Assembly (NCBI GenBank): GCA_016188045.1
Contig: JACPIM010000004.1
Coordinates: forward strand, 8,493 to 72,492
Direction of reading: 5' to 3'
DNA: 64,000 nucleotides
Source of the DNA: Candidatus Woesearchaeota archaeon
GTDB taxonomy: Archaea; Nanobdellota; Nanobdellia; SCGC-AAA011-G17; JACPIM01
A program made the position numbers and the translations under genes. Positions 9,401 through 18,552 of this stretch are shown here, piece after piece (position 1 is the stretch's first letter; each line of letters opens with the position of its first letter). The notes under the pieces are model-generated. The model saw only the letters and a program-made list of their open reading frames with translations. It was not told the DNA's origin and searched no databases.

Positions 9401-11493
9401 AACTGGACAATTTAATCAATAACTTAAACGTTACTATAACTCAAATAGATTCAAATAAAGAAAAATTAGAGCAATTTAAGCAAGAGCTTTCCTCTTTAAG
9501 AGGGAAAAAAATATCAATCACAGATTCCCTTTCTGGAAATCAATCAGTGAACTTAATCTTAAATTCAAAAATTAACGGCGTTTTTGGAACAATCGCTTCA
9601 TTAGGTAAAGTAAATGAAAAATATTCAACCGCATTAGAAGTAACAGCCGGTGGAAGAACAAATAGCGTTATAGTGGATAACGATACAACCGCCCAAAAAT
9701 GCATCCAGATATTAAAAGACAAAAAGGCAGGTATAGCTACCTTCTTGCCATTAAACAAAATCAGAGAGAGAATTCAGTTAAATGAATTAAATCAACTAAA
9801 GAACCTTTCAGGTGTAAAAGACATAGCGTTAAATCTTATTGAATATGATAAAAAATTTCATAATGCTTTTTCATATGTTTTCGGCTCAACTCTAGTAGTA
9901 GATGACATACCAACAGCAAGAAAAGTAGGCATAGGCAGAGTCAGAATGGTAACTTTAGAAGGAGATTTAGTAGAGCCTTCAGGAGCTATGATAGGGGGTT
10001 ATAGAAGAAAAATATCGGGGGTTTTTGAGCAAAAAGATATTAATTCGGACATTACAAAAAAAGAATCTGAAATAGAAATAATACTAAGAAAGATACAGGA
10101 GTTTAATAATAAAAAATTGTCTCAGGAAAAGATTTCAAATGAATTAAGAAATAAAAAATATAACTTAGAAGCAGAACTAATAAAGGCACAAAAGACTTCA
10201 GACATTAGCAATTTAAATGAATTAAAAAAATCATTCTCTGACCTAAATAACAATATAAAAGAATCCAATTTAAAGATAAAACAACTAACACAGGAAATTG
10301 AAAAGAATGAACGGGGATTGGATAAACTAAAATCGGAAAGGCAGAAACTACAAGTTAAACCAGATTCTAAAGATTCTTTGTCTTCATTAGAAAACATAGA
10401 AAAAGAGCTTCAAAACAGGATTTCATTAATATCTCGGATACAAACAGAAATAAAAAATATAGAAAACCAGATTTCCTCCATTCACAACCCGGAAAAATTA
10501 AAAATACAAGAGATTATAAAACAACATCAAAAAGAGCTTCAAGATTTTCAAAATGAAATTAACCAAATAGAACAAAAACTTAAATCTTCTCATCCTAATT
10601 TAAAAGAACAAGAGAAAAAAGAAAAACAATTTAGGGAAGACTACAAAAACCAGTTTATTAAAAGAAACAAGTTAACAGAAGAAATAAGAAACACAGAGTC
10701 AAAGATATCACAACACGATTTCAAAATTAAGGAAATTGAAAAACGCCTCAATGAAGTTTCACTAGATAATGCTAAGATTTCAGCAGAAATAGAAGCTATT
10801 GATTCTGAATTTGAAGAATTCAAAGGAACAAAAATAAGAAGAAACATTTCATTAGCAGACTTAAAGCTTGAGATAAGTGAGTTTGAAAAAATGCTAAAAT
10901 CCTTAGGAAATGTGAATTTAAGGGCTTTAGAAGTTTATGAAACAATAGAAAGAGAATATCATGAAATAGTAGAAAAAACAAACGGGTTACAAAATGAAAA
11001 AGAAGATGTTTTGACTATGATGGCAGAAATTGAAGGAAAGAAAAAGCACCTTTTCCTTAAAACTTATAAGCAAATATCTGAAAATTTCAAAAGAATTTTC
11101 TTATCATTATCAGCAAAAGGAGAAGCTTATTTAGATTTGGAAGACAAAGAAAATCCGCTACAAGCAGGCATAGATATTAAAGTAAAACTAGCCGGAACTA
11201 AGTTTTTAGACATTACTTCATTATCTGGAGGAGAAAAAACTTTGACAGCCATAGCACTAATATTTGCAATTCAAGAATATAAACCCGCTTCTTTCTATTT
11301 ATTAGACGAAGTAGATGCCGCTCTAGATAAAACAAACTCTCAATTATTGGCAAAACTAGTGGCAACTTATGCGAAACAATCCCAATGCATTATGATATCC
11401 CATAATGATTCAGTTATAACAGAAGCAGACCAAGTTTATGGGGTAACAATGCAGCAAAATGGTATTTCTAAAATAGTTTCCATGAAACTTTAA
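6490..11493 (+). CDS. smc: chromosome segregation ATPase SMC, interrupted by an intein at the Walker A motif
   Basis: N-terminal FxxFKSF and GPNGSGKS; very long coiled coils with a central hinge (GTIASLGKV...AGGR); C-terminal LSGGEKTLTAIALIFAIQ, YLLDEVDAALD and ISHN motifs. 1143 aa remain after intein removal. Confidence 0.9.
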   Translation: MTTIQKIKFHGFKSFAKPLEIEFGNSFNCIIGPNGSGKSLSGDATVLTSKGNEISIKKLVESKLNKADKIKKLDDGVYCESKRPTKIISLNPISMKNEEYAISRFIKREGEPHLYEIKTRTGKKIKCTGCHPVMIFKEGKVQSVLVQELKKTDRIATPRIIFTNTNSESKNLARLLGYIIGDGYINKNRIEFVNADKEILEDFIGLTRELFNLSPEYNKVTNNLTRLIYWNKKFVNFIIALIKNKKEKYTSQYKYIPNRILKLGLDTTSNLLAALYDTDGTVYKNNDVIEFCSKNEKLVNQIQRLLLRFNIIARKKERSCCASNTINKIKRKYYYLYIEGHENIIKFYKNIPLRCRHKIERLENKLKSPKVSNPNIDVLPKETNALIKKAINLLGISYKPLRKEYPKIAAYIENRCNPTRPGLHEIIPILSSKLLQIYSSGLSLRYDQLELVNVMDQLGLSGRQTSNALGLSPQIIRNHWATGNFQAKAENLENFFNFIQRAISSRLIELKSIMNKLYNLANSDIFWDEIVSIKKVKGEKFVYDLTIPNNHNFIANGIFVHNSNIVDGLTFVLGKRSAKAMRAEKASNLIFNGGKKGSAMKEASVSIYFTNNNKEFPIASETVKITRIVKQSGQSDYKINDEKRTREQIIDLISKAGIDPDGFNILLQGDVVSFTEMRSDERRQIIEDVAGISVYEDKKQKALLELEKVDQKINEANLILKERDAHLRNLKKERDQALKFKELEQNIKENKATYLYLQIKEKSEKKEEVVSRIKKHQQNIDSLNKEVQELRTKIDQKKSEVDSINKNIEEKSEIEQVSLQQNIEKIREEILRDETRLENLKTEIQKVNQRSSQLKKDELEIESKIGELNKEKINLEEKQKTLKREEETVRKNIQNYKKKHNIQDFSLIEKIETEIEQLQNSIIYLKEQKSSLIIEQDRNNQEVTKVKELVDKFSSPQVKKKREELEKVEKELDNLINNLNVTITQIDSNKEKLEQFKQELSSLRGKKISITDSLSGNQSVNLILNSKINGVFGTIASLGKVNEKYSTALEVTAGGRTNSVIVDNDTTAQKCIQILKDKKAGIATFLPLNKIRERIQLNELNQLKNLSGVKDIALNLIEYDKKFHNAFSYVFGSTLVVDDIPTARKVGIGRVRMVTLEGDLVEPSGAMIGGYRRKISGVFEQKDINSDITKKESEIEIILRKIQEFNNKKLSQEKISNELRNKKYNLEAELIKAQKTSDISNLNELKKSFSDLNNNIKESNLKIKQLTQEIEKNERGLDKLKSERQKLQVKPDSKDSLSSLENIEKELQNRISLISRIQTEIKNIENQISSIHNPEKLKIQEIIKQHQKELQDFQNEINQIEQKLKSSHPNLKEQEKKEKQFREDYKNQFIKRNKLTEEIRNTESKISQHDFKIKEIEKRLNEVSLDNAKISAEIEAIDSEFEEFKGTKIRRNISLADLKLEISEFEKMLKSLGNVNLRALEVYETIEREYHEIVEKTNGLQNEKEDVLTMMAEIEGKKKHLFLKTYKQISENFKRIFLSLSAKGEAYLDLEDKENPLQAGIDIKVKLAGTKFLDITSLSGGEKTLTAIALIFAIQEYKPASFYLLDEVDAALDKTNSQLLAKLVATYAKQSQCIMISHNDSVITEADQVYGVTMQQNGISKIVSMKL
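6604..8175 (+). mobile_element. intein (524 aa) with LAGLIDADG homing-endonuclease domain, inserted after GPNGSGK
   Basis: Starts S-LSGDATV (block A), ends VYDLTIP...FVHN followed by S (+1). Two LAGLIDADG-like blocks, LLGYIIGDGYI and LLAALYDTDGTV. Excision restores GPNGSGKSNIVDGLTFVLG. Confidence 0.8.
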
Positions 11494-11510
11494 AGTTCTT
11501 GATAATTCAT

Positions 11511-12020
11511 TTAAACAACACATGCCTCTACTGTAGAAATCTTTTCCCTTATATGCGGAATCATACAAATAGCAATATCTTTTAATTGTCGCATTTCATC
11601 TTCTGTATAATATTCTCTTGCATCGTTCTCTAGCTCTTGTCTTTCTTTTTCAGACAGCCGTCCAACATCGCCTTTGCGAAAAATCCAGTGAAAATCTATT
11701 CCTGCCACCCTTTCATCAGAATTTGAGACCATTCGCATTACAAGGGGGTCTCCTTCAATTCTGGGTTCACAAGCATAATCAAGCCCCCGTCTTATTTTAT
11801 CTCTAATTTTTGGTTGCTCAGAACTAGCATCTCTATATAACATAAAACCCATCATGTCTACAGGTTGTTGGAGAAAATCCGCTAGTCCATGATAAAGGCA
11901 ATCGCAAAACGCTCCACCAGAAGGAATACAGAATTTTCCAACCGGACCAATATAAGAAACAAGGCCATTAACAGTTGCTCTTGCCAGTCCAGTTTCTGAA
12001 GGGTACATATAATATCCCAT
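11511..12020 (-). CDS. hypothetical Cys-rich protein in a visibly G+C-richer segment
   Basis: Clean ORF with a CxxxxxxCxC..H cluster. Base composition clearly richer in G+C than flanking genes (by eye, not computed). Confidence 0.5.
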   Translation of the reverse strand: MGYYMYPSETGLARATVNGLVSYIGPVGKFCIPSGGAFCDCLYHGLADFLQQPVDMMGFMLYRDASSEQPKIRDKIRRGLDYACEPRIEGDPLVMRMVSNSDERVAGIDFHWIFRKGDVGRLSEKERQELENDAREYYTEDEMRQLKDIAICMIPHIREKISTVEACVV

Positions 12021-12070
12021 AATAAATTACTTTTTAATAATTTATATAGTCAATAACAATGTTTCAAGTC

Positions 12071-12292
12071 TTAATCTTTTTTCTTCATCCTTAACAACCC
12101 TATTATTAACAAAGAGATTATCAAAAAAACAACCACTAATATTAAAATGGAAATAAATGTAAACGGCAAACTTTCACCTACCTTAACAGTACTGCCAGAA
12201 ATTACATCACCAACTTGAGCACTTAAAGTAATTAAAGAAAAAGTTATTCCAAATACCAACAAGATAATTATTAATCTAGGAATTACTCTCAT
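12071..12292 (-). CDS. small membrane protein (two TM)
   Basis: Hydrophobic N- and C-terminal segments. Confidence 0.35.
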   Translation of the reverse strand: MRVIPRLIIILLVFGITFSLITLSAQVGDVISGSTVKVGESLPFTFISILILVVVFLIISLLIIGLLRMKKKD

Positions 12293-12332
12293 TTCACCTC
12301 AATATTTATAATAATATAAGTAATATATAAAT

Positions 12333-12809
12333 TTACTCCTTAACTTCAACCCAATAATTTTCACCAATATGAATACCAAGCATATCTTCGCATCTGGCTA
12401 AAATTCTCAATAAGGTTTTCATACTTCTGTTATTTCCTGCACTTAATCTAAATCTTCTTTCATCACTATTTTTTAAATATTCTAAGAAATAACTAACTAA
12501 ATCCATAACTGCTCTAGGATTACTCCTATATTCACTTGCTGTAGAAACAGAAAAAATATGCAATCCATCATTATGCCTCTGAAGAGCTAAATGTCCTATA
12601 ACATTATCCTCATAACCCAAAAACATATCATAATTCATTCCTCTTAAAATTCTAAGCAGTTCAGAATCAGGAAGTTTTCTTAATTCTTTGGTTCTTTCAT
12701 CAAATTCAGAACCAATATCTGGGTTTCTAGCCCAATTTAAAACATAATACCTAATAGTAGGATATCTTTCATCTGTTTCCTCAATAGAGAAAAAAGTTCT
12801 TGTTTGCAT
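12333..12809 (-). CDS. hypothetical protein, possibly acyl-CoA N-acyltransferase-like
   Basis: ORF of 158 aa; weak GNAT-like feel only, no motif certainty. Confidence 0.4.
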   Translation of the reverse strand: MQTRTFFSIEETDERYPTIRYYVLNWARNPDIGSEFDERTKELRKLPDSELLRILRGMNYDMFLGYEDNVIGHLALQRHNDGLHIFSVSTASEYRSNPRAVMDLVSYFLEYLKNSDERRFRLSAGNNRSMKTLLRILARCEDMLGIHIGENYWVEVKE

Positions 12810-12867
12810 ATATCACTACTAATTTTGCTATTTAAAAAATTAATTAAAAGAAAAAAAAGAAAAAAGT

Positions 12868-14235
12868 TTAGTAGTAAGTTTGACTACTTTCCCCTAAACT
12901 ATCTGATATTCTTTCAGATTCTCTTCCTGATTCTCTAGAACCAACCCTTCTAAAAGCAATTATTAATCCAAGAATTATTAATATCACTACTAAGATTACA
13001 AATGATATTTCTAAACCATTCTTTAATAATCCCAAATTGCTTAATTGAGTTGCCTTAGCAACTACATTAGCTCTTAAATCAAGAGTTTTAACTGTCTTTC
13101 CATTAGATAACACGTTAACTCTGAATGTTTGCTGTCCTATTGGAGCGTTTTCATTTGCTTTTACATAAACAAATGTTTCACCAGCTTGATTTGAATCAAC
13201 TGAAATGAAACTTGGGCTTACTCTACTAGTACCCCATGCTCCCTCTCCGTCAACAGCTACACTATAAAGTATTCTGTCTTTTCCTAAGTTTGCAACCATT
13301 ACTTTGTATAAAGCTTCACTACCTTGAGCAAGGTCTTGAGTAGTTGTGTCTATACTAATAATAGCTTGTGGTGCTTCACCACCACTAGGAGTAACAACTG
13401 GAGTAACAGATCCTCCTACTTCTTCAACTAGGATAGTGCTTCTCTTAGTTACAGTTTCGTGTCCTCTACTGTACTCAACATCAACTTCAACATCATATTC
13501 GCCAGCTTTAGCATCTTGAGGTATAGTCAATACCAAGTCCCTACTTGATGCAGAACTTTCGTCATCTTCATTATCCTCTTCATTAGCAGTCAATTCATCA
13601 ATGTAAGTTCTTGTGCTTATACCCAAATCAGGTATGCTCACTCTAACTAAAACATCATCTTCTTTCTGTTGACCCAAATTCTCAACTCTAACAACTGCTC
13701 TTAAAGCCCTTCCAGGCTCAACAGTGTTACTTGGATAGAAAATGACATCCATTATGTTAAGTTTATGTCTTATCTTATCAATATTCAAAGTGAATTCTAT
13801 ATCCTGAGCAGCTTGATCAACATTCTTACCAAAAGCTTCAACATGTAAGATAAAATCGTTATCGTCATCTGTACCTTCAACGTCTATGTCTTCTGGTATA
13901 TCAAGGTGTAATGTTTTTACATATCTTACCCCATTTTCTGTATCAAACGGCGCAGTTTTATCACTCACGTCATCGAATTCATAACCACCAATCCAAGTTC
14001 TTACTCTTATGTCATCCTGTGGATTTGTAGTTGAAAGTTCAACTTTAATTTCTAGCGTGCTACCTCTCTCAGCAGAGATTACATTAGGAACTGCAGCAGC
14101 AGGATCATCTGAAAATTCAACACCATCTACAGTTACCTTATGTATAGTAATGTCACTACTAGCAGAAACTAAAGTTGAGATTCCTAATACTCCAATTAAA
14201 AGTATTAGCAAAGTTGTTAACAACTTGTATTTCAT
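12868..14235 (-). CDS. acidic cell-surface protein with N-terminal signal peptide and C-terminal TM anchor
   Basis: Signal-like N-terminus (LLILLIGVLGISTLVSASS), D/E-rich beta-type repeats, C-terminal hydrophobic helix followed by a basic tail (S-layer-like topology). Confidence 0.55.
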   Translation of the reverse strand: MKYKLLTTLLILLIGVLGISTLVSASSDITIHKVTVDGVEFSDDPAAAVPNVISAERGSTLEIKVELSTTNPQDDIRVRTWIGGYEFDDVSDKTAPFDTENGVRYVKTLHLDIPEDIDVEGTDDDNDFILHVEAFGKNVDQAAQDIEFTLNIDKIRHKLNIMDVIFYPSNTVEPGRALRAVVRVENLGQQKEDDVLVRVSIPDLGISTRTYIDELTANEEDNEDDESSASSRDLVLTIPQDAKAGEYDVEVDVEYSRGHETVTKRSTILVEEVGGSVTPVVTPSGGEAPQAIISIDTTTQDLAQGSEALYKVMVANLGKDRILYSVAVDGEGAWGTSRVSPSFISVDSNQAGETFVYVKANENAPIGQQTFRVNVLSNGKTVKTLDLRANVVAKATQLSNLGLLKNGLEISFVILVVILIILGLIIAFRRVGSRESGRESERISDSLGESSQTYY

Positions 14236-14413
14236 ATTAAACCCCCCTATAATTTATTAAAATCATAATTGTTATCGTTTCGTGGTAAATAACCATATAT
14301 AAACTTTATGGTAGTAACTTTTATTACTGATAGTAATGAAAACAATATGAAAAATAAACCTCAATCAAAGAAGAGGTTAATAAAAAACCAGTGTAATAAC
14401 AAAAGGTAACAAC

Positions 14414-14487
14414 TGGGGGCAGTAGGATTTGAACCTACAATCCCGCGGTCTGGAGCCGCGTATTTTGCCAAGTTAAACTATACCCCC
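14414..14487 (-). tRNA. tRNA-Trp (anticodon CCA), no intron
   Basis: Hand-folded cloverleaf: acceptor GGGGGTA/TGCCCCC, anticodon stem CGCGG/CCGCG with loop CTCCAGA, T-arm GTAGG-TTCAAAT-CCTAC, discriminator A. CCA not encoded. Confidence 0.8.
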
Positions 14488-14576
14488 AAAATATAAAACA
14501 AAAATAGAAATCGGTTTTTATAAACATTTTCATTTAACATTTTAGACTAGTAATTACTTTAGGTAACAAATAAGAA

Positions 14577-15254
14577 CTAAAACCCTTCTAATTTAATTAT
14601 CTTATATATCTCTTCGCTAGATATGCTGCACCCCCTTAATTTAACACCCCACAATATTCCATCTAATAATTCCCTTCTATTCCCATCAGCATATTTGTCT
14701 AATAAACCAAGCTCAAAAGCAACAACTAATAATTCACTACTTCTGATAACATTAACATCTCCTATGATTCTCTGAAATTGCTTCAAATTACTACTGTCAA
14801 TAGTAACTTTTCTACTAAGTTTTTTATTCAATAAATCTTTCAAGTTTTGAGGTTCTTCAATTAACATTCTCAAAGTTCTCTCATCAACAACCAAAGCTTC
14901 AGCATTTAGATGTTTAACAAGAACTAAACTTTCTATTTCAGCTTTTTGAAACAACTTCAAGTACTCGGTTCTTGTTTTATATATAGAATTACTTAACCTT
15001 AATAACCTATTAGTTTCAACAGTCAAATCTTCATCAGCCAACTTTAAAACGCCCTCATCTAGAAACTCTTTAATATACATAGCCTCAAATTTAAATCTTT
15101 TAGAAGTTAGTGGTTTATCTATCAGCTCATTTTTAACTTCATTAGTAATGTAAAAATCACCATTAAATTTCTTGTTTAAAGATCTTAATGTCCACATTAA
15201 ATTATCCATCACTAAGCTTATTACTGGTCCTGAATCAAAAACCAGAGATTTCAT
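14577..15254 (-). CDS. PIN-like protein, DUF3368-like (putative toxin component)
   Basis: N-terminal MKSLVFDSGPVISL resembles the DUF3368/PIN start (xxSNTGPLIAL); 4-nt overlap with the upstream gene. Confidence 0.45.
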   Translation of the reverse strand: MKSLVFDSGPVISLVMDNLMWTLRSLNKKFNGDFYITNEVKNELIDKPLTSKRFKFEAMYIKEFLDEGVLKLADEDLTVETNRLLRLSNSIYKTRTEYLKLFQKAEIESLVLVKHLNAEALVVDERTLRMLIEEPQNLKDLLNKKLSRKVTIDSSNLKQFQRIIGDVNVIRSSELLVVAFELGLLDKYADGNRRELLDGILWGVKLRGCSISSEEIYKIIKLEGF

Positions 15255-15910
15255 ATGAATATACTCCTAACAAATTTAATCCTCTCTTTAATATTCTTGG
15301 TAATGCTAAATTCAACATCAGCAATTCCAGTTTTACCTAAGTAATCCATAATTTCAAACTCGCTTAATCCTAAAATTTCAGCAACTCTCCCGACAGAAAT
15401 ACCATGCTCATGCAACCTAGAAGCTTTATGAATCTTGGCTCCTTGAAAAACAGCGATTATATAATCCCTTAATTTGGGCTCTAAATTGTATACTGCATTA
15501 AACATATTATGAACTACAGCTTCATAATTCTCTATATCATTATTTTCTAGTGCTTTTATTGCTTTATCAAAAAATTCAAGAATATTCTTATAAAACATAC
15601 CCCAGCTTTTATATTCCCTATAACTTACTCTCTCAAAAATTTTGCTTAAGCTATATATTATAATTGCAATAGTTGTACTATAATCATCCTGGTAGATACT
15701 AGCATCATGTAATGTATGATTACTTAATTCTCTTAAGTTTACAATATCCTCTTTCTTAATAGCCTCTAAACTCTTCCTTAAAACTTCAAGAATGTCTTTC
15801 TTTACCTCTTCTTCCATTTTTACCACTATTAAAATTAAGTCTGAATTCTGGATAAAAGATATAAAATTATTATAACTACGATTATTATTTTCCAGTTTTT
15901 TGATATCCAA
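15251..15910 (-). CDS. UPF0175-like HTH protein (putative antitoxin component, extended N-terminus)
   Basis: C-terminal GISVGRVAEILGLSEFEIMDYLGKTGI resembles the UPF0175 motif (ISLGRAAELAG.S..EF...L...GI). Confidence 0.45.
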   Translation of the reverse strand: MDIKKLENNNRSYNNFISFIQNSDLILIVVKMEEEVKKDILEVLRKSLEAIKKEDIVNLRELSNHTLHDASIYQDDYSTTIAIIIYSLSKIFERVSYREYKSWGMFYKNILEFFDKAIKALENNDIENYEAVVHNMFNAVYNLEPKLRDYIIAVFQGAKIHKASRLHEHGISVGRVAEILGLSEFEIMDYLGKTGIADVEFSITKNIKERIKFVRSIFI

Positions 15911-15930
15911 TTTACTAATTTATTCTTCAT

Positions 15931-16116
15931 TTATTTCACCCCTCGCCATGATATAAATAATCCAATAGCCAAAACAAAAAGTAGTTCAAAAATTATAATA
16001 TAAAATATATTTATATTAGACGACTTTAAATTATAATAAAAACCAACCATCAGACCAATTATAGTAACAAAGGCTATTGTTGATGTTGCTAAAGCACTTA
16101 TTTTTTCTGCTTTCAT
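15931..16116 (-). CDS. small membrane protein (two TM)
   Basis: Hydrophobic 61-aa ORF heading the operon. Confidence 0.3.
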   Translation of the reverse strand: MKAEKISALATSTIAFVTIIGLMVGFYYNLKSSNINIFYIIIFELLFVLAIGLFISWRGVK

Positions 16117-16226
16117 ATGTTTACATTAAAGAAACACTTATATAAAAAACCATCGACTTAAATTTTTTTATTTCTTAAATCCTTTAGAGCCAAAATTAAT
16201 AAACAACAAAATAATACTAGATTATA

Positions 16227-17831
16227 ATGAAAAGAGGCATTTTCATAATTTTTATTATATTAATTTTAAATCCCATAGTCCTGGCTGTGAATTTAAACAA
16301 TCCAGATGAACTAACTGAAAAAGATCTAATTGAATCTTGCAGAGTTCCCAGTTCAGGTCCAGAACTAGTTTTACAAAAGTCAATTCAAGGAGATATTTTA
16401 ATTTGGCTTTATGAACCAAATAAAGAAGAATTTGGTGATCTAGTAAGAGTAACTGATTTTGGAAAAATAAATGAAAACAGATATAGTTTTAAATTAGGAA
16501 ATAATCAAGAATATACTTTTGAAGCAATAATTCCAGATTACTGCATAAGACCAAAAGAGACTACAGCCAAAAGAGAAAACACCCAGACAAAAGAAGTATG
16601 TGGTAGCCCAGAAACACCAAGATCGATATTTATGGAAGGAAGAGGATATGCCTGCTTATATGACATCCCATCCACAGAAATACAACCAGAACAAGCTATA
16701 TTTTCTACCGGGATATTACCACAACCTTGTCCGCAAGAATACTGTGTAACTATCTCAGAATCAACATCACAACCTGTAATAACAAACACGCCAGAACCAA
16801 CAAGCCAACCAGAATCAACACCGCAAATGGATTCACGAGCACTAGCAAACGATATTAATAAAGCATTACCAAAAATAGCGTATTTTATAAGAAACTTTTT
16901 TAATTCTATACTGGGGGTGAAAGGATGTACAAGAGAACCGACACAAACACCACCACTTAATCCACCTATAAGCACAACTACTACAACAGAAGAGAAATGC
17001 AACGAAGAATTAGGGGATTTTGATGGTAGAGTGGAAAGAATAATTAAAACAAATATACATAAAGATATATCATTTTTTCCAGATTACAATAACAATTTTC
17101 AAACAAAAATGATAATAGAACTCAACCTACCAAAAACAAAAAATTCTAAAGACCCGCTCTGTGGACTGCCAAGAGGAACAACAACCATGAACTTTAGAGC
17201 AGAAGGACCGTCATTTGAATTCGCAGGCGGTTATAATAATGCTGCTGGAGCAGCAAGAAACGCAGTATTAAATTTCCTAAACAAACATTTCAAGAAATTC
17301 TATGAGAATATAGTCAAAAAAGGCATAGTTGGTAATGGTGGCATATTAATAGACCAAGATAAAAAAGACACATACTATTTTAAGGGTTTTGACAGAGAAA
17401 AGACCGCGTATGCTTTTTTTGAGAAAAATAAACCAGAAGGATATTTTTATTTTGATATAAACATAAAGTTTACAATAAAAGACAATTCTAAAGTAGAAGT
17501 AGATGTAAACGAAAGAGTAACTGAAGATAAAGCCCAAAATAAGATTTTATTACAGAATAATGCGAATTTTGAAATAACAGTTCAAGAATTTAAGGATTAT
17601 TTAAAAGATATAATAGATATGATTAACAGTTTAGACAAATTTGAAGAAAAATACCAAATCGTGTTAGAAGAGTCAGTTCCTGATGTAGAAGATTACGTTA
17701 ACGGTGGTTCATCAGACCCAATAAAGATGAAAACGGTCAAAAACACGAAAGTAACTGTAACCATAATAGAAACATTATATAGAAAAGAGCTAGATGAATA
17801 TGAAGAAAAAACAAAATGTTGTAAAGAGTAG
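16227..17831 (+). CDS. secreted Cys-containing protein with Thr/Pro-rich linker
   Basis: N-terminal signal peptide (IFIIFIILILNPIVLA), low-complexity TSQPVITNTPEPTSQPESTPQ linker, C-terminal CCKE. Confidence 0.55.
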   Translation: MKRGIFIIFIILILNPIVLAVNLNNPDELTEKDLIESCRVPSSGPELVLQKSIQGDILIWLYEPNKEEFGDLVRVTDFGKINENRYSFKLGNNQEYTFEAIIPDYCIRPKETTAKRENTQTKEVCGSPETPRSIFMEGRGYACLYDIPSTEIQPEQAIFSTGILPQPCPQEYCVTISESTSQPVITNTPEPTSQPESTPQMDSRALANDINKALPKIAYFIRNFFNSILGVKGCTREPTQTPPLNPPISTTTTTEEKCNEELGDFDGRVERIIKTNIHKDISFFPDYNNNFQTKMIIELNLPKTKNSKDPLCGLPRGTTTMNFRAEGPSFEFAGGYNNAAGAARNAVLNFLNKHFKKFYENIVKKGIVGNGGILIDQDKKDTYYFKGFDREKTAYAFFEKNKPEGYFYFDINIKFTIKDNSKVEVDVNERVTEDKAQNKILLQNNANFEITVQEFKDYLKDIIDMINSLDKFEEKYQIVLEESVPDVEDYVNGGSSDPIKMKTVKNTKVTVTIIETLYRKELDEYEEKTKCCKE

Positions 17832-17832
17832 T

Positions 17833-18048
17833 CTAAAAAAAACTATTCAAACCCCTTAATGTAGAATAAAGATCATAAAGTTTATACAAAATAAAACTAG
17901 AGACAACTCCCGTACCAACAATACCACCATAAAGGGCCACTTTCTTCCAATTTGTTTTATTTTCTACTCTAGCATAATCTAATACAACTGGCGTTTCACT
18001 AGTATTTATATCATCAATAAGTTGTTGTAATGATTTATTTTTTTCCAT
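17833..18048 (-). CDS. small protein with C-terminal TM helix
   Basis: ORF of 71 aa; C-terminal hydrophobic stretch. Confidence 0.3.
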   Translation of the reverse strand: MEKNKSLQQLIDDINTSETPVVLDYARVENKTNWKKVALYGGIVGTGVVSSFILYKLYDLYSTLRGLNSFF

Positions 18049-18157
18049 AACAAATTAAAAGTTATTATTATTTATAAACTTTACTACCTATAAGTTACAA
18101 TAAATTACAAGATAATAGCAATTTTTCAACCCGCAACTTATTTGCTAATTAGTGAAT

Positions 18158-18544
18158 TTATCTTCTTTTAACATCAACAGTAAATAATTGTATCTTATTA
18201 GGATCCCTTCTTATCTCTTTAACAACTGTTGCTGGGCCTATGATAGTTAACCCTTCCCTATTGCCCAATAAAAAACTAGTAAAGTTTTTTCTTATTTTCC
18301 TAAAAACAGCCAGATTCCTATCTTCTGGAAATATAGTACATAATTCAACACCCTTAAATTCTTTATCTATCGCTTCCATAGTCTTCTGAATCAACAGGGT
18401 CTCTTCACCAGGTTTCAATCTACCTTCCATTAAAACAACATTTTTATTCTTAACTATCCCAAGTAGTTTACCTATCCTACTTTCAGAATCTAAACTCTCA
18501 ATATCGGCATAAGGAACAAATTGTAAAGTTAAAGCCATAGGCAC
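18158..18544 (-). CDS. conserved archaeal protein partnered with the small GTPase (DUF2073-like)
   Basis: 128-aa ORF 8 nt downstream of the GTPase gene; assignment from memory of the archaeal GTPase/DUF2073 gene pair. Confidence 0.4.
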   Translation of the reverse strand: MPMALTLQFVPYADIESLDSESRIGKLLGIVKNKNVVLMEGRLKPGEETLLIQKTMEAIDKEFKGVELCTIFPEDRNLAVFRKIRKNFTSFLLGNREGLTIIGPATVVKEIRRDPNKIQLFTVDVKRR

Positions 18545-18552
18545 CTCCTTTT

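Noticed and set aside
8510-10847. Antisense ORFs and apparent repetitiveness inside smc
   Set aside because: The repetitiveness is the K/E/L heptad composition of the SMC coiled coils, not tandem DNA repeats or CRISPR.
16538-17537. Antisense ORFs 16538..17002 and 17346..17537
   Set aside because: Embedded opposite the secreted-protein gene; no independent support.
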